Origin: an uncultured delta proteobacterium
GTDB taxonomy: Bacteria; Desulfobacterota; Desulfomonilia; UBA1062
Assembly (NCBI GenBank): GCA_963798485.1
Contig: CAWCTR010000007.1
Coordinates: 256,001 to 320,000, forward strand
DNA: 64,000 bases
Direction: 5' to 3'
The translations under genes were made by a program, and so were the position numbers. This document shows positions 61,892-64,000 of the stretch, piece by piece (the first letter of the stretch is position 1; every line of letters begins with the position of its first letter). The notes under the pieces are model-generated. The model was given only the letters and a program-made list of their open reading frames with translations, searched no databases and had not been told where the DNA came from.

Positions 61892-62039
61892 ACAATCCTC
61901 CAACTATTTTATTGTATTCTTACCAAAGGCGGCCAGGATTGTATCCTACCCGGCTTTCCTGGTAGCCGTCAACATTGTTGTCCGGCATGCAATATTAAAA
62001 CAGAATGGCTTCCGCAGGCCCGCCTGTTTTAATATTCTC

Positions 62040-62747
62040 TTAGTGACCCTCCTCCATCGCCCCGCTTATGTACATCATGGCTAGCAGGGTAAATACAAAG
62101 GCCTGCAGTATTGACGTGAACATCATGAGTACGAGCATGGGCATGGGAAGGAGGAATGGAACCAGTGCCAGAAGAACCACGAGTACGAGGTCTTCTCCGA
62201 AGATGTTCCCGAAGAGACGCATGGTGAGCGAGAGCGGCCGCGCCATGTGGCCGATGAGTTCCACCGGGAGCATGATAGGCGCCATCCACCATACCGGGCC
62301 CAAAAAATGTTTGAGATATTTAATGCCGTGGATTTTAACCCCTACAATATGTGTCAGTAAGAATACCGTAAGCGCCATGGACAGGTTGGTGTTGAGGTTT
62401 GCCGTGGGTGAGTAGAAGCCCGGGATAATGCCGGCCATATTGCAGGTGAAGATGAACAGCGCAATGGTGGCTATAAGGGGGAAGAACCTCATCCCATGTT
62501 CTCCCATTGTGTCGACCAGCAGGGACTTCAGCCCGCCGATGACAACTTCCAGAAAGTTCTGAAGCTTGCCGGGGACCATCTTCAGGCTCCTGGATACAAT
62601 TATCGACATGATGATGAGCGCAATCATGTACAGCCATGTAAAGGTGACCTGTTGGAAGTGGTTCCCGTCTGTAAGTCCGAAGGTTTCATGAAGGAATTCA
62701 TAAAGGGGGTGGGTGATGAAATCTAAAATGAGGTACCCGTGGTCCAT
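62040..62747 (-). CDS. atpB: F0 ATP synthase subunit a
   Basis: 'QNFLE', 'RPLSLTMRLFGNI', 'LQAFVF'. Confidence 0.95.
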   Translation of the reverse strand: MDHGYLILDFITHPLYEFLHETFGLTDGNHFQQVTFTWLYMIALIIMSIIVSRSLKMVPGKLQNFLEVVIGGLKSLLVDTMGEHGMRFFPLIATIALFIFTCNMAGIIPGFYSPTANLNTNLSMALTVFLLTHIVGVKIHGIKYLKHFLGPVWWMAPIMLPVELIGHMARPLSLTMRLFGNIFGEDLVLVVLLALVPFLLPMPMLVLMMFTSILQAFVFTLLAMMYISGAMEEGH

Positions 62748-62748
62748 A

Positions 62749-63132
62749 CTAATCTCCTCCTGCGCAGATGTAGGTGTAGCATGCGTAGCTCATGATGCCG
62801 AACATGATGATTGACAGGCCCAGAAGCAGCCCGAGTATATCGACGTGCAGCATCGCGATAAGCACATAGAGTGCGGCCCCCGTGATTGCGAGCCGGAGTA
62901 TATAGCGTTTTATCATAAAGGCTTTACCCTGCTTTGCAGCAAGGGTGACCGATGATGCGGCATGCCGCCAGAGCATGTAATAATTCGCCATGCAGACCGT
63001 ACCGCCAAGAAGTACGCCCAGAGCGAATTTTGGCCCCAGCAGGGGCAGGCTGATAATGCATAGGGATGCCCACAGCGCAAAGGCAATGAACTCAATCCTT
63101 TTTTGCACCGGGTCCTTACTTACGCTTTTCAC
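62749..63132 (-). CDS. atpI: ATP synthase protein I
   Basis: 4-TM protein upstream of atpB. Confidence 0.75.
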   Translation of the reverse strand: MKSVSKDPVQKRIEFIAFALWASLCIISLPLLGPKFALGVLLGGTVCMANYYMLWRHAASSVTLAAKQGKAFMIKRYILRLAITGAALYVLIAMLHVDILGLLLGLSIIMFGIMSYACYTYICAGGD

Positions 63133-63367
63133 CTGACTTATCCTCGCTGAAAAACCGCATGTAGGTCTTGTACATCATCCTGAAGCCTGCCATGATGCCG
63201 CCAAAGAGAAAGACAAAGGTGAAAATCGGATCGGTGCCGAACCGGCGATCGAGGTATACCCCTGCAACCAGCCCGAGGACGATGGACAGGACCATGGCAA
63301 ACCCCATGGTGCTCAGATCGGCCACCGTGAGGTACATCTTTTTCTTTTCCTTGTCGTCATCCGTCAT
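63116..63367 (-). CDS. AtpZ/AtpI-family (ATPase gene 1) protein
   Basis: 'GVYLDRRFGTDP...GIMAGF'. Confidence 0.8.
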   Translation of the reverse strand: MTDDDKEKKKMYLTVADLSTMGFAMVLSIVLGLVAGVYLDRRFGTDPIFTFVFLFGGIMAGFRMMYKTYMRFFSEDKSGEKRK

Positions 63368-63581
63368 CGTGAAGGCCTACCCCTTGGAATAGTCTCAAAC
63401 CATATTACTGAATCACGATTCATAATGCAAGGACGTTTTTGGCCGAGGTATTCCACGTGTAAAATGGCTTCTGATCAGGGTTTTGACTTTCTTGAGAAAA
63501 CGGCATTTTTTTCTTGCTCTGTGAAAACATATCAGGTAAAGATAACGAGTTTGAGCACATGACTACACTACAGAGTGAACT

Positions 63582-64000
63582 ATGGGCGGTACACAAAGTA
63601 ACAAGGGTCAGATGCGAAGACTCACGGTTGTTTCGGTGTGTTTTTTGGCTTCATTGATAGGGGCAGCCTTAATACCAACCAAGGTGGTCACCGGCAGGAG
63701 TACGCTTCAAGCCGTACCCTCGCAGAGTCCGGCCATCGAATATCAATATACCGTGAGTTTGCAGGACCGGCTTGCACAGATCAATGACGTGCAGGAAAGA
63801 AAGCAGTGCCTTATCAAGGTGCTGCTGCCGCTTGTGCTCCATGCGAACGAGACAATCAGACGGCAACGGATGGTTGTAGAACAACTGAGACTTAATCTGC
63901 CATATCTGACTCCGCTTGAAAAACAAACCCTTATCTCGCTTTCTCAGATATATCTTGTTGAGGGCAACTCCTATGAAGAGATGATACAGGAACTCCTCAA
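63582..64000 (+). CDS. Bax-like glucosaminidase-domain protein, N-terminal part (runs off window)
   Basis: Open frame not in ORF track: TM/signal then 'ERKQCLIKVLLPLVLHANETIRRQR'. Confidence 0.6.
   Translation, partial: MGGTQSNKGQMRRLTVVSVCFLASLIGAALIPTKVVTGRSTLQAVPSQSPAIEYQYTVSLQDRLAQINDVQERKQCLIKVLLPLVLHANETIRRQRMVVEQLRLNLPYLTPLEKQTLISLSQIYLVEGNSYEEMIQELL

Noticed and set aside
61538-63367. F0-only ATP synthase cluster as anomaly
   Set aside because: Split F0/F1 operons are normal in this lineage
63669-63926. 85-aa minus-strand ORF
   Set aside because: Shadow of the plus-strand Bax-like CDS that runs off the window

Overview
Chromosomal window from a deltaproteobacterial (Desulfobacterota-type) genome, judged from gene order (recA-pilT-recX-alaS, F0-only atp cluster, flg operon with sigma54/sigma28 promoters). 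Most of it is housekeeping: class III PHA synthase cluster, tRNA-Gly, asnS, cinA/recA/recX/alaS, his genes, flagellar genes, fhs, F0 ATP synthase. The standout is a ~7 kb island between tRNA-Gly and asnS (5983-13015). Two ~200-bp inverted copies of a palindrome-rich element bracket an integrase-less integron cassette array (GIY-YIG cassette, DUF2971-like cassette). A chloroplast-like-class group II intron sits on the top strand in the attC R' core (GTTAT^GAG), and its candidate EBS1 loop reads CGTTAG. A second, class E-like group II intron is inserted between domains V and VI of the first (a twintron). Both introns have non-canonical U...GY termini. Other points: homopolymer frameshift in recX, flgL-fliW displaced from flgK-csrA with its own sigma54+sigma28 promoter, probable pseudo-enzymes (SerB-like, CheD-like), an HU gene remnant beside a repeat-rich lipoprotein, and a 977-aa M28 peptidase next to a truncated nitroreductase. 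All calls are by eye from sequence and ORF translations; no database searches were run.
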